64,000 nt of DNA. Origin: Vulcanimicrobiales bacterium. Its GTDB lineage: Bacteria; Vulcanimicrobiota; Vulcanimicrobiia; Vulcanimicrobiales; Vulcanimicrobiaceae. The DNA lies in assembly GCA_038231455.1 (NCBI GenBank), contig JBBRLI010000004.1, positions 32,001 through 96,000 of the forward strand, given 5' to 3'. The position numbers and the translations under genes are program-made. Under the pieces are notes generated by a model. It made no database searches, was not told the DNA's origin, and worked only from the letters and a program-made list of their open reading frames with translations. This document shows, one piece after another, positions 50,320 to 60,452 of the stretch. Within the stretch, counting starts at the first letter, position 1. Every line of letters begins with the position of its first letter.

Positions 50320-50589
50320 GTGCCGTTGACCAAAGAACAAAAATCAGAGATTTCCGCGAAGTTCGCTCGCACGCCGGGCGACACCGGATCCGCCGACGTC
50401 CAAGTCGCCGTCCTGACTGCGTCGATCAACATGCTCACCGAGCATCTGAAGATCCACAAGAAGGACCACCACAGCCGCCGCGGCCTGCTCATGCAGGTTG
50501 GCCAGCGCCGCCGTCTTCTGGGCTACCTCCAGAAGACCGAGCTCGAGCGCTATCGCAAGCTGATTGCGGATCTCGGCCTGCGCCGCTAA
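50320..50589 (+). CDS. rpsO: 30S ribosomal protein S15
   Basis: [29 protein letters not shown]. Confidence 0.98.
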   Translation: MPLTKEQKSEISAKFARTPGDTGSADVQVAVLTASINMLTEHLKIHKKDHHSRRGLLMQVGQRRRLLGYLQKTELERYRKLIADLGLRR

Positions 50590-50614
50590 CCGCGAAACTC
50601 GGTTTCACAGAATT

Positions 50615-50645
50615 GGACCGGCGAAGAAACTCGCCGGTCTTTTTT
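50615..50645 (+). terminator. intrinsic terminator
   Basis: GGACCGGCGA-AGAAAC-TCGCCGGTCT-TTTTT. Confidence 0.85.
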
Positions 50646-50663
50646 GTGGTAGGAATAAGAGCC

Positions 50664-51089
50664 ATGTTCCGCACGATGCTCAAATCCAAGATCCACCGGG
50701 CGACGGTCACCCAGGCCGATCTCCACTACGTCGGCTCCGTGACGATCGATTTGGACCTCTTGGAAGCAGCAGACTTGCTCCCAGGCGAGCAAGTCGCAAT
50801 CGTTGACATTAACAACGGTGCGCGCTTAGAAACGTATACGATCGCCGGCCCACGCGGCAGCGGCATCATCGGCATCAACGGCGCAGCCGCTCGTCTGATG
50901 CAAACCGGCGACTTAGTCATCATCATCAGTTACGCCACGCTGAACGACGCCGAGGCGCGCGACTTCAAGCCGCGGATCGTCCACGTCGATGAAAACAACG
51001 CGATCGTACGGCTCGGCAGCGATGCAGCGGAGGCCGCCGGCCAGCTCATGCGCGGGGACTTCGACTTTCGGGCACTGCTCAGCCCGTAG
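50664..51089 (+). CDS. panD: aspartate 1-decarboxylase
   Basis: [14 protein letters not shown] cleavage site, [15 protein letters not shown]. Confidence 0.96.
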   Translation: MFRTMLKSKIHRATVTQADLHYVGSVTIDLDLLEAADLLPGEQVAIVDINNGARLETYTIAGPRGSGIIGINGAAARLMQTGDLVIIISYATLNDAEARDFKPRIVHVDENNAIVRLGSDAAEAAGQLMRGDFDFRALLSP

Positions 51090-51222
51090 CGTCCGAGGGC
51101 CGGCTCCCAAGGCATTTTCCGCGGATTCTCCGAATCGGCGCTCGTTCTATAAGAATAAACGATTGAACGAAAAAAACGCGTCCGCCCGGCGTTTTGACCG
51201 AGGGGACCACTAGGAGAATCTG

Positions 51223-53445
51223 TTGTTAGAATCCGTCTCACTTGAGATCGGAGGCCGTCTGCTGGTCATTGAAACCGGCGAGCTTGCAAAGCAAGCGAAC
51301 GGCTCCGCGGTCGTCCGTTACGGCGACCAAAACGTTATGATCGCTGCCGTCACGGCGTCCGAAAAACCGCGCGAAGGCATCGACTTCTTCCCGCTAACGT
51401 GCGACTTCGAAGAAAAAATGTATGCGGCCGGAAAAATTCCGGGCGGTTACATCAAACGCGAAGGCCGTCCGAGCGAACACGGCGTGCTCAGCGCGCGCCA
51501 AATCGACCGCCCGATCCGTCCGCTGTTCCCCGAAGGCTTCCAGAATGATGTGCAAATCATCACGACGGTGCTCTCGATCGATCCGGAACTCGACAACGAC
51601 GTGATCGCGGTTTGCGCCGCCGGTGCCGCGCTTGCCGTCTCCGATATTCCGTTCGATAAGAACGTTGCCGCCGTGCGCGTCGGCCGCGATGAAAACGGCA
51701 AGTACATCATCAACCCGACGCTCCCGCAGTACGAAACGGGCGGCATGGAAATCGTCGTTGCCGGCACGATGGATGCCGTCATGATGGTTGAAGGCGGCGG
51801 CCACGAAATGTCCGAGGAAGATTTCCTCGGCGCCGTTGAGTTCGCTCACACCGAAATCAAAAAAATCGTCAAGCAGATCGACGCGCTCGCGAAAAAAGCG
51901 GGCAAGAAGAAACGCGTCTATCCGCTCAACACCGTCGATGCAACGCTCAAAGCGTGGGTCGAGAAGTCGTTCAAGAAAGACGTCGCAAAAGCGATGCGCG
52001 TCATCGAGAAGGGCGAACGCAACGCCGCGTTCGACAAACTCTCAAAAGCTGAAGCCATCTCACGCGTCAAAAAAACCGAAGGCGCGATCCTCGAACTGCT
52101 CAATGATCCCGCGAAGGCAAAAGACTTTGGCAAGATCATCAAGACGATGGAAGAGGAAGAGCTGCGCGTGATGGTCGTGGACGAAAAGATTCGTCCCGAC
52201 GGTCGCAAAGCTGATGAAATTCGCCCGATCTGGTCGAAGGTCGGCTATCTTCCGCGCGTGCACGGAACCGGCGTGTTCCAGCGCGGACAGACCCAAGTGC
52301 TCACCGCTGCGACCCTCGGGTCGATCAGCGACGAACAGCGTCTGGACGGCATCATGGCGATCCCGAACAAACGCTACATGCACTATTACAATTTCCCGCC
52401 GTACTCGGTCGGCGAAACGCGCCCGATGCGTGCCCCCGGACGTCGTGAAATCGGCCACGGTGCACTTGCCGAACGCGCGCTGGTACCGATCCTCCCGCCC
52501 GAAGATGAATTCCCCTACACCCTTCGCCTCATCAGCGAAGTGCTCGAATCGAACGGCTCCTCATCGATGGCTTCGGTCTGCGGATCGACGCTCGCGCTCA
52601 TGGATGCCGGCGTGCCGATCAAGAAGCACGTCGCGGGTATTGCGATGGGCCTCATCTTGCACGGCAAGAAGCATGCGATCTTAAGCGACATTCAGGGTCT
52701 CGAAGATGCACTCGGCGAGATGGACTTCAAAGTTGCCGGTACCGTCGATGGTATCACCGCAATTCAGATGGACATCAAGGTCGCGGGCATCACGATCGAC
52801 ATCATGCGTGAAGCGTTAACAGCCGCGAAGAAGTCGCGTCTGTTCATCATCGAGAAACTCAAGGAGACGATGCCCGCCCACCGCGAGCAACTCTCACCGT
52901 ACGCTCCGCGCATGATCGTGCTCACGATCAGCCCGGATATGATCAAGAACGTGATCGGGCCCGGAGGCAAGATCATCAACAAGATCATCGCGGATACCGG
53001 CGTCAAGATCGACATCGAAAACGACGGCCGCGTGTTCATCGCCGGTCCCGACGGCGTCGCTGCGGACAAAGCAAAAGCGATGGTCGAAGCGCTTACAAAA
53101 GAAGTCAAAGTCGGCGAACAGTACCTCGGTACGGTCACGCGTCTGATGAACTTCGGCGCGTTCGTTGCGTTCTTGCCCGGCAAAGAAGGCCTCGTCCACA
53201 TCTCGCAACTCGCGGCAGACCGCGTCGAAAAAGTGGAAGACGTCGTCAAGATCGGCGATCAGATCATGGTCAAAGTGATGGAAGTCGATTCGCAAGGGCG
53301 CATCAACCTCTCGCGCAAGGCCCTGCTCGCACCGAGCGAAAACGGTGCCCCCCAAGAAGACTACGTCCCGCGCGGACCGCGTCCGGGCGGCGACGGCGGC
53401 GGACGCAGCGGCGGCAACGGCCGCGGCCCGCGTCGTCGCGACTAA
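51223..53445 (+). CDS. pnp: polyribonucleotide nucleotidyltransferase
   Basis: [36 protein letters not shown] (IGPGGK) and S1 domains. Confidence 0.97.
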   Translation: MLESVSLEIGGRLLVIETGELAKQANGSAVVRYGDQNVMIAAVTASEKPREGIDFFPLTCDFEEKMYAAGKIPGGYIKREGRPSEHGVLSARQIDRPIRPLFPEGFQNDVQIITTVLSIDPELDNDVIAVCAAGAALAVSDIPFDKNVAAVRVGRDENGKYIINPTLPQYETGGMEIVVAGTMDAVMMVEGGGHEMSEEDFLGAVEFAHTEIKKIVKQIDALAKKAGKKKRVYPLNTVDATLKAWVEKSFKKDVAKAMRVIEKGERNAAFDKLSKAEAISRVKKTEGAILELLNDPAKAKDFGKIIKTMEEEELRVMVVDEKIRPDGRKADEIRPIWSKVGYLPRVHGTGVFQRGQTQVLTAATLGSISDEQRLDGIMAIPNKRYMHYYNFPPYSVGETRPMRAPGRREIGHGALAERALVPILPPEDEFPYTLRLISEVLESNGSSSMASVCGSTLALMDAGVPIKKHVAGIAMGLILHGKKHAILSDIQGLEDALGEMDFKVAGTVDGITAIQMDIKVAGITIDIMREALTAAKKSRLFIIEKLKETMPAHREQLSPYAPRMIVLTISPDMIKNVIGPGGKIINKIIADTGVKIDIENDGRVFIAGPDGVAADKAKAMVEALTKEVKVGEQYLGTVTRLMNFGAFVAFLPGKEGLVHISQLAADRVEKVEDVVKIGDQIMVKVMEVDSQGRINLSRKALLAPSENGAPQEDYVPRGPRPGGDGGGRSGGNGRGPRRRD

Positions 53446-53460
53446 CCGCTAGCAACTAGC

Positions 53461-53501
53461 AAACGAAAGGGGCGTCGAGCAATCGGCGCCCTTTCCGTTT
53501 T
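53461..53501 (+). terminator. intrinsic terminator
   Basis: GAAAGGGGCGTCGA-GCAA-TCGGCGCCCTTTCC-GTTTT. Confidence 0.8.
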
Positions 53502-53714
53502 AACGCAAGCTTCGGTTTTGCTAAGATCCCGTAAAGAATTTTTGGGAAAAGGCTGTCCATCCTACGCCGGCTCAGGCCTGTAGTCGATTGAGACTAAGAC
53601 ACGTTTCGCGGCCGTACGCGAGGATGTCGATGTCGAACAGAACAGCATTCTACGCGTCGCTTACAGGACGCGAGATTTCGGCTGCCCGCAGTGCTCCGCT
53701 AAGAGAGTGTTTAC

Positions 53715-55806
53715 ATGAAAATTCGTGTTGGTACGCAACTCGCGCTTGGATTCGCCGTTCCACTACTCTTTATCGTCATAACGGCGGCCGTCTCGTTCTT
53801 CTCTTTTCAAAGAATCAGCGAGGCCAACAGCGCCATTGCCAAGGCAACCGCGATCAATACCCTCGCCCGAGACATCGTCGCGAAACGGATCAGCAAGCGG
53901 TTCGCAATTCGCAACATCGTTCTCAAAGGCAAGGCTGCGGATTTTGAGGCAAATGATAAAAGCGCAAGCCGCGATGGTCGAAGATATAACGGCAATCATG
54001 CGTCAGGCTGGCGGCAACTCCGCGATGACCGCGATCGTCGGCGACCTTTCGGCGCTCTCAGAAACGATCAATCAGCGTGACGATCTGCAAATCGCGAGCG
54101 CTCGCCGCGATCCCGAGCAAACGCTGATTGCTTTTCGCGGTAAAAGCTCCACGGGGCTTGCAAGCGGCGTTCTCGAGTCTCTCAAGGCGAATGCAATTGA
54201 CATTCCGCGTGAATCAGAGATGTCGAAGAATCTCGTCGCCCTCGCCGAGGAAACGAGCACGCGGGCAACGCAGAACTTCGCCGCCGCTTATCGCTCCGCG
54301 CTCTTTGCCGGCGGAATTGCCTTGAGTATGGCCCTGCTCCTGAGCGGTCTCATTGCCGTACTCCTCGGCCGCCATATCTCGCGACGTTTGAATCGCGTTC
54401 GTGACGCGCTAAACGCGGTGGTGGGCGATGATGTGAACGAGCTCACGAGCGCGTTTCGTTCGATGGCCAAGGGCGATCTCACCGCGACATTCACCTCAAA
54501 TCGCGCGCGCATCGACGATCGCTCAAGCGACGAAATCGGCGAGCTGACGCAAAGCTACAACGAACTTACCCGCGCCCTGTCCACCATGGGCGGGGAATTT
54601 ACGAACACCACCGACCGCCTGAGCGAAGTCATTCGCAACGTCCAGAGCGGAGCGACGGAGTTGTTTACCGCTGGCGTTCTCGTGAGTGCGTCGACGAGCC
54701 AAGCGGATGTGGCGATGCAGCTCATCTCCGCAAATATTGAGAGCGTCGCGCGCGACGCGAGCGATCAATCGCGACGCATCGGTCAGGCGAGCGGCGCGCT
54801 CGAAGAGCTTACGCGCGCATCGTCACAGATCGCCTCCGGCGCCGCCGATCAAGCCGGCGCAGTTCAAGCAGCGGCGAATGCGGTTGACGAGATGAACGGG
54901 CAGATCGCCGGACTGGCCTCACTCGGCGAGGCGCTCACTAGCGCCGCGCGAGTCGCTGCGAACGAAGCGACGGCGGGCTCGAATGCCGTCCAGATCACCG
55001 CAGAGACGATGCGCGACCTGCAGGCACAGGCTAGCGGTACGCAGACCGCGATGGAGGCACTCCAAGAACGATCGCTGGCGGTCGTCGAGATCGTCGATAC
55101 GATCGATGACATCGCGGATCAAACGAATCTTCTCGCGCTGAATGCCGCGATCGAAGCGGCGCGGGCAGGCGAGAACGGACGCGGCTTCGCTGTCGTTGCC
55201 GACGAAATCCGCAAGCTCGCCGAGCGCGCTGCGCGTTCGACGAAGGAGATCGGTCACATTTTGAATGCGATTCGGAAAGAAACGGCGACGGTCGCATCTG
55301 CAATGCAACGTTCGTCCTCGGCGATGGAAGACGGCATGACACGAGTCGATCACGCGACTACCGCCCTGCAAGCGATTGGTGCGGCAATTTCGAGTACCAC
55401 GCACACCGCAGAAGAGATGGCGGTTCGGGCGGAGCAGATGAGAGCATCGAGCGTTCAGCTTGCTGAAAACTTGAACAGCGTCTCAGCGGTTGTCGACGAA
55501 AACGCCACAGCTACCAATCAAATGAACATTACCGCGGGCACGATCACGGGTGCGATCCTCGTCGCGCTGACCGCGCAACAGCAATCGGAAACGGCGGCGG
55601 AGGTCGCAACCTCAAGCGTCGAGCTAGCCGCTCAATTCGCCGAAATCACGACGGCTTCCGAAGCGGTCCGGACGCAGGCCGATAGACTGCGTGCTCTGGC
55701 CGACACGTTCGAGGTAACGGATACCCTCGCGAAGCCCGAGCAAATCCCGTCGCTTACCGGTTCTGCCGCGGCCTCGTTCGACGCGATCGTCGCCTCAGCG
55801 CGCTAA
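53715..55806 (+). pseudogene. methyl-accepting chemotaxis protein split by a frameshift in the AAAA run 53958-53961
   Basis: MKIRVGTQLALGFAVPL TM1 in one frame; TM2, HAMP and [23 protein letters not shown] in the next; removing one A joins them. Paralog of 28369-30423. Confidence 0.85.
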
Positions 55807-55815
55807 TTGGCCGGC

Positions 55816-56271
55816 TTACGCTCGCGTAGTGCCGTTCTCGCCGTTGAGGCGATGTAGGAGATCGAAGAGTTGCGCGCGCTGCGCCGGTGAGAGTGCGGCG
55901 GCGAACGTGTCCTCCGATGCTTCCACTTTGGGCGTCGCGCGACGGATCAGATCGCGACCCGTGGCGGTGAGCGTCGGGACCATGACGCGGCGGTCTTTCG
56001 TCGAGGCGACGCGCTGCACGAGCGAGAGCTTTTCGAGCTGATCCAGCATGCGAACCATCGTCGACGGGTCGGCACCCAGGGCGTCGGCGACCTCGCGCTG
56101 GGTGATCCCGCCGCCCTCATCGATCGTCACGAGGACGGCGAAGAGCATCGGGGTGAGGCCATCCGAGCCGATGGCGTTAGAAAGCGCGGCGAACGCGCGG
56201 AGCTGGGCCCGGCGTAGCTGGTAGCCTAGGCGTCCATCGAGCGAGTGAGCCCGCTCCTGAGTCGACTTCAT
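55816..56271 (-). CDS. MarR family transcriptional regulator
   Basis: LGYQLRRAQ, GITQREVA, DPSTMVRMLDQLE, DRR...LTATGR. Confidence 0.9.
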   Translation of the reverse strand: MKSTQERAHSLDGRLGYQLRRAQLRAFAALSNAIGSDGLTPMLFAVLVTIDEGGGITQREVADALGADPSTMVRMLDQLEKLSLVQRVASTKDRRVMVPTLTATGRDLIRRATPKVEASEDTFAAALSPAQRAQLFDLLHRLNGENGTTRA

Positions 56272-56278
56272 CGCGAAA

Positions 56279-56368
56279 GCCTCGTTTTCGTGGCAGCGAT
56301 TCCTTTGGCGAACCGAAAGAGAGGAAACTTTCTTTCGCGGTCGCCTTGGGAAGCTCTTCCGCCGAGGC
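56279..56368 (+). other. extended stem-loop, candidate structured ncRNA
   Basis: Nested pairings around a GAAA tetraloop at 56324-56327 (see findings). Confidence 0.45.
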
Positions 56369-56376
56369 AAACGAAC

Positions 56377-56667
56377 CTAAGGATTACGTGGTGCGAACCC
56401 TCGGTAGGCGGTCAAGCCGACGATTTGGACCTCGAGCATCCCGTTCTTCACGAGGGGCAATCCCGCGAGGATCTCGTGCACGTGCTCGGCCGAATCCGCC
56501 TCGATCATCATCGCTGCGCCCGAAACGTCGGTGCGGCCCCAGATCTGGCGCACGTGAAACTCCTTATGGAGCCGGCGTGCCGCCTCGGCCTCGCCTTCCA
56601 GTAACGGGGCGAAGTCGGCCTCGGAAAACGACTCGAGCTTGCGGCGGAGGAGCGCGAAAAACTGCAT
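56377..56667 (-). CDS. muconolactone delta-isomerase-like (dimeric alpha/beta barrel) protein
   Basis: EAEAARRL...RQIWGR...EADSAEHVHEILAGLPL pattern. Confidence 0.7.
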   Translation of the reverse strand: MQFFALLRRKLESFSEADFAPLLEGEAEAARRLHKEFHVRQIWGRTDVSGAAMMIEADSAEHVHEILAGLPLVKNGMLEVQIVGLTAYRGFAPRNP

Positions 56668-56746
56668 TGAGCGTTTTGCGTTCACAATCGCGCCTGCGCC
56701 TGTTCGGTGCCGGGGATCGACACCACGTCGTCCAACCCTTTCTGCA

Positions 56747-58360
56747 ATGGCTTTCGATTCGCTCTCGGCATTTGTCGCAGCACTCCGTTCCGCAGGCGAG
56801 CTCGCGGAGATTTCCGCGCCCGTCGATCCGCATTTGGAAATCGCCGAAATTACCGATCGCGTGGTGAAGGCGGGCGGTCCGGCGCTGCTCTTTACCAACG
56901 TCGTCGGTTCCAAATTTCCGGTGCTGACCAATCAGTTCGGCTCGGAACGACGCATGGCGATGGCCTTTGGCGCCGACTCGATCGAAGCGGTCGCAAATCG
57001 CGTACGCAGCGCGATCGATTTGAGCGTGCCGAAAACGCTCGGTGCGAAGCTCGGTAAAGCATTCTCGCTCACCTCGCTTGCCAGTGCAATCCCAAAGACC
57101 GTTGCGAACGGATCGTGCCAAGATGTCGTTCTCGAAGGAGACGATGTTGATTTACTTGCGCTGCCGGTTCTCACGACGTGGCCGCTCGATGGCGGACCGT
57201 TCGTCACGCTGCCGCTCGTCTTTACGAAAGACCCCGTGAGCGGGACGCAAAACGTCGGCATGTATCGCGTGCAGCGGTACGACAAGACAACCACCGGCAT
57301 GCACTGGCAACGCCACAAACAAGGTCGCGCGCAAGCCGCGAAATGGGGCCGCCGCGTGCCGGTTGCCGTGGTGATTGGCGCCGATCCCGCCGTCACGTAC
57401 GCCGCTACCGCGCCGCTCCCGCCGATCGTCGATGAGATTTCGCTTGCCGGATTTCTGCGCGGCAAATCGGTGAAGATGGTCAAGTGCAAAACGATCGACA
57501 TCAAAGTGCCGGCGGATGCGGAGTTCGTGCTCGAAGGCTACGTCGACAACGACGACTTGCGCGTCGAGGGCCCGTTCGGCGACCACACCGGCGTCTACAG
57601 TCTCGCCGATTTGTATCCAACCTTTCACGTGCAGTGCGTCACGCACCGCGCGAAGCCGATCTACGGCGCAACCGTCGTCGGCAAACCGCCGATGGAAGAC
57701 GCGTGGCTCGGCAAAGCGACCGAACGTATTTTCTTACCCCTCTTGCAGATGGTCGTGCCGGAGATCGTCGATTACAATTTGCCGGTCGAGGGTGGGTTTC
57801 ACAACCTCGCAATCATCAGCGTGAAGAAATCGTATCCGGGTCAAGCAAAGAAAGTGATGAACGCGCTCTGGGGACTCGGGCACATGATGATGCTCACGCG
57901 CTGTTTGCTCGTCGTCGATGACGACGTGGACGTTCAAGACGTGCGCAGCGTCGTTTGGTTTGCGCTGAACAACGTCGATGCGTCGCGGGATCTGGTAGTC
58001 ATGCCCGGACCCGTCGATGACCTCGACCACAGCGGTTCGTATTTACCGTCGATCGGTTATAAGCTCGGCATCGACGCGACACGAAAGACCGCCGCCGAAG
58101 GCTACGCACGTGAGTGGCCGCCGGATATCGTCATGGACGATGCGACGCGTACGCGCGTCGATGCGCGCATGCGCGAACTCGGACTCGATACGATTCTCGC
58201 GCGTAAGTGCGCGCCCGACGCGTGGTCGGGGCAGGGCCCGGCAGCCCTCGCACGTCTGCTAAACGCGCCTGCAATGGATCCAAACGCGCAACCGCCGCGC
58301 AGCGCCGCAGCACTTGCAGCTCTCGCTGCCAAGGCACTCACCAGTAGCGATACGGCATGA
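56747..58360 (+). CDS. UbiD family decarboxylase (menaquinone biosynthesis, MqnL-type)
   Basis: EIAEITDR, WPLDGGPF, NVGMYR, EGPFGDHTG, GKPPMED, GIDATRK. Confidence 0.9.
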   Translation: MAFDSLSAFVAALRSAGELAEISAPVDPHLEIAEITDRVVKAGGPALLFTNVVGSKFPVLTNQFGSERRMAMAFGADSIEAVANRVRSAIDLSVPKTLGAKLGKAFSLTSLASAIPKTVANGSCQDVVLEGDDVDLLALPVLTTWPLDGGPFVTLPLVFTKDPVSGTQNVGMYRVQRYDKTTTGMHWQRHKQGRAQAAKWGRRVPVAVVIGADPAVTYAATAPLPPIVDEISLAGFLRGKSVKMVKCKTIDIKVPADAEFVLEGYVDNDDLRVEGPFGDHTGVYSLADLYPTFHVQCVTHRAKPIYGATVVGKPPMEDAWLGKATERIFLPLLQMVVPEIVDYNLPVEGGFHNLAIISVKKSYPGQAKKVMNALWGLGHMMMLTRCLLVVDDDVDVQDVRSVVWFALNNVDASRDLVVMPGPVDDLDHSGSYLPSIGYKLGIDATRKTAAEGYAREWPPDIVMDDATRTRVDARMRELGLDTILARKCAPDAWSGQGPAALARLLNAPAMDPNAQPPRSAAALAALAAKALTSSDTA

Positions 58361-59211
58361 CCGCTTTCAAACTTTTTTTGCGCGATATCCGTCTCGAGCA
58401 CACGTTCTTTGCGTTGCCGTTCGCGTATGTCGGCGCGGTGATGGCCGCGCACGGTTTCCCAACGCTCTGGCAATTCGTGTGGATCACCCTTGCGGTGCTC
58501 GGCGCACGCACCGCGGCGATGGCCGCGAACCGGTATTTCGATCGCAAACTCGATGCGCAAAATCCGCGCACCGCAAAACGCGCGCTCGCCAGCGGCGCGC
58601 TCGCTCCGAGCGTGATGCTCTGGGCGATTGCAGCGGGCATCGGCCTTTTGATCCTCTCCGCCGCGATGCTCAACCCGCTTTGTCTTCTGCTCTTGCCCCT
58701 CGCGGCGCTGGGCATCATCATCTATCCGCTCTGCAAACGCTTCACGTGGTTCGTGCATTTCGTGCTCGGTGCAGTCGACGGCTGCGCGCCGCTCGGTGCG
58801 TTCGTCGCCGTCGCCGGACACGTGACGCTTCCAGCGCTCTTGCTGTTCCTCGCGGTAACGGTCTGGGTCGCCGGTTTCGACATCGCCTATGCGCTCATGG
58901 ATTACGACGTCGACCTGGCGCAAGGCATCAACTCCGTCCCCGTCCGCTTCGGGAAATCGAGCGGCCGCTGGTTGCCGATCGCACTGCATGTCGTGATGGC
59001 CGCGGTCCTGTGGTACGCGGGCGCTCTCGCCGGCGCCGGAATCGTCTACAACATCGGCGTCTTGCTCGCCATAGCGCTCGTCATCTATGAAGAGCGTCTC
59101 TTTGCGATCGCAAAGAACGTCTTCGTGCTCAACGATCGGATCTTCGTGACCAACATGGCCTTCTCGGTTGCGTTTCTTGCAACGACCCTTGCGAGTTATC
59201 TCGTTCGATGA
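58357..59211 (+). CDS. UbiA family prenyltransferase (MqnP-type)
   Basis: EHTFFALPFA, NRYFDRKLDAQNPRT, YPLCKRF, GFDIAYALMD. Confidence 0.9.
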   Translation: MTAFKLFLRDIRLEHTFFALPFAYVGAVMAAHGFPTLWQFVWITLAVLGARTAAMAANRYFDRKLDAQNPRTAKRALASGALAPSVMLWAIAAGIGLLILSAAMLNPLCLLLLPLAALGIIIYPLCKRFTWFVHFVLGAVDGCAPLGAFVAVAGHVTLPALLLFLAVTVWVAGFDIAYALMDYDVDLAQGINSVPVRFGKSSGRWLPIALHVVMAAVLWYAGALAGAGIVYNIGVLLAIALVIYEERLFAIAKNVFVLNDRIFVTNMAFSVAFLATTLASYLVR

Positions 59212-60374
59212 TGACCCGTCGCGCGGCACTCGCCGCAGCGAGCGCGTCGCTTGCAGCATTTGCGAGTCCACGTCTTGCCGATGCATTCGATTCGCCGTTC
59301 GCAGCCTCCACGACGTTTGGCGTCGTCGGCCCGTTCTCCGGTCAGGAGAAATCCGGCGGCGAACAACTTGCCAACGGCGTCCGGGCGGCGATCGAAGAGG
59401 CGAATCGCTCGCGCGGGGGTCTCGACCGCGTGTATCTGATGCGCACGTTTGACGATCAGAATTCCGTTGCATCCGCAATCGTCAACAGCCAGTTCGCAAC
59501 GAGTGATGGCAACGTTATTGCCGTGATCGGTCATCTCGGCGGTCACGCAACGGATGCCGCCCTGCGGACGTACGGTGCAGCCGCGATGCCGGTGATCGTG
59601 CCCGCATCGTCGTACGATAAAATCACCGCCGGCGGGTATCGCAACGTATTCCGCTTACCGACGCGCGATACCGATGAAGGCACCCTTGCCGCGCGCTATG
59701 TCATCGATACCGCGAGGCCCAAGAACGTCTACGTGCTGGTTGTCGACGGCGATTACGGTTACGACGTCGCACAAGCATTTACGCAAACGCTCAGCTCGCA
59801 GAAGATCCCCTGGAATTCCACGCTCGTCTCCTATGATAAGCCGGAGTTTCCCAAAGTCGTCGCCGCCGTGCTCGCCGCGAAACCCGACTACGTCTATCTG
59901 TGCGGCGCGACCGCCGAGATGGGCGATGTTATCCCGCTCTTGCGCAAAGGCGGGTATACCGGAGCCCTTGGCGCGCCGCAAGGCTTCTTCACGCCCGAGA
60001 CGATCCGGAAGTATGGTGCCGGGGTCGAGGGTCTGACGATTTCCTCATCGATGCCCTATCTTGCGATCGCACCGGCGGCCTATCGAATCAAAACGGATTT
60101 TGAGGCCCGCTACGGGGCGTTCACGCCGCTCTCCGCCTTCGGTTATGCAAGCGCCCAACTGCTCATGAACGCGATCAAGCGAAGCGGCGCGCAGAACCGG
60201 TTAGCACTTGCGCGAGCGATCGCAACGGGCGGGGTTTTCGATACGACGGTTGGTTCGTTCACCTTCGGGCCGACCGGGGATGTTGTGGATCCAAACGTGT
60301 ATTTTTATACCGTGCGCGACGGCAAATGGGCGTTCGTACGCTCCGCGCACCCCTCGTCGTTTCTGTCGAAATAG
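59208..60374 (+). CDS. branched-chain amino acid ABC transporter substrate-binding protein (LivK-like), probable Tat signal
   Basis: TRRAAL signal; GVVGPFSG, AVIGHL, VFRL, DYGYD. Confidence 0.85.
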   Translation: MMTRRAALAAASASLAAFASPRLADAFDSPFAASTTFGVVGPFSGQEKSGGEQLANGVRAAIEEANRSRGGLDRVYLMRTFDDQNSVASAIVNSQFATSDGNVIAVIGHLGGHATDAALRTYGAAAMPVIVPASSYDKITAGGYRNVFRLPTRDTDEGTLAARYVIDTARPKNVYVLVVDGDYGYDVAQAFTQTLSSQKIPWNSTLVSYDKPEFPKVVAAVLAAKPDYVYLCGATAEMGDVIPLLRKGGYTGALGAPQGFFTPETIRKYGAGVEGLTISSSMPYLAIAPAAYRIKTDFEARYGAFTPLSAFGYASAQLLMNAIKRSGAQNRLALARAIATGGVFDTTVGSFTFGPTGDVVDPNVYFYTVRDGKWAFVRSAHPSSFLSK

Positions 60375-60452
60375 AAGAAAAAGCGCTTTCCAATTCGTGA
60401 AATGAACGCAGTTAACCGATAGCTTGGAATATAAGGGTACTCGGAACAACCG

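Noticed and set aside
53502-53714. Possible c-di-GMP riboswitch upstream of the second MCP
   Set aside because: Only small hairpins; the GEMM-I GCAAA/GAAA/GCAAA pattern is not present.
56279-56368. SRP RNA or 6S RNA identity for the long hairpin
   Set aside because: No CAGG/GGAA/AGCA domain IV motif and too short for 6S; kept only as an unidentified structure.
56700-56725. tRNA T-arm-like string (minus strand GGTGTCGATCCCCGGCACC)
   Set aside because: No intact TTCRA, cloverleaf or CCA; the segment is better explained as the UbiD promoter region.
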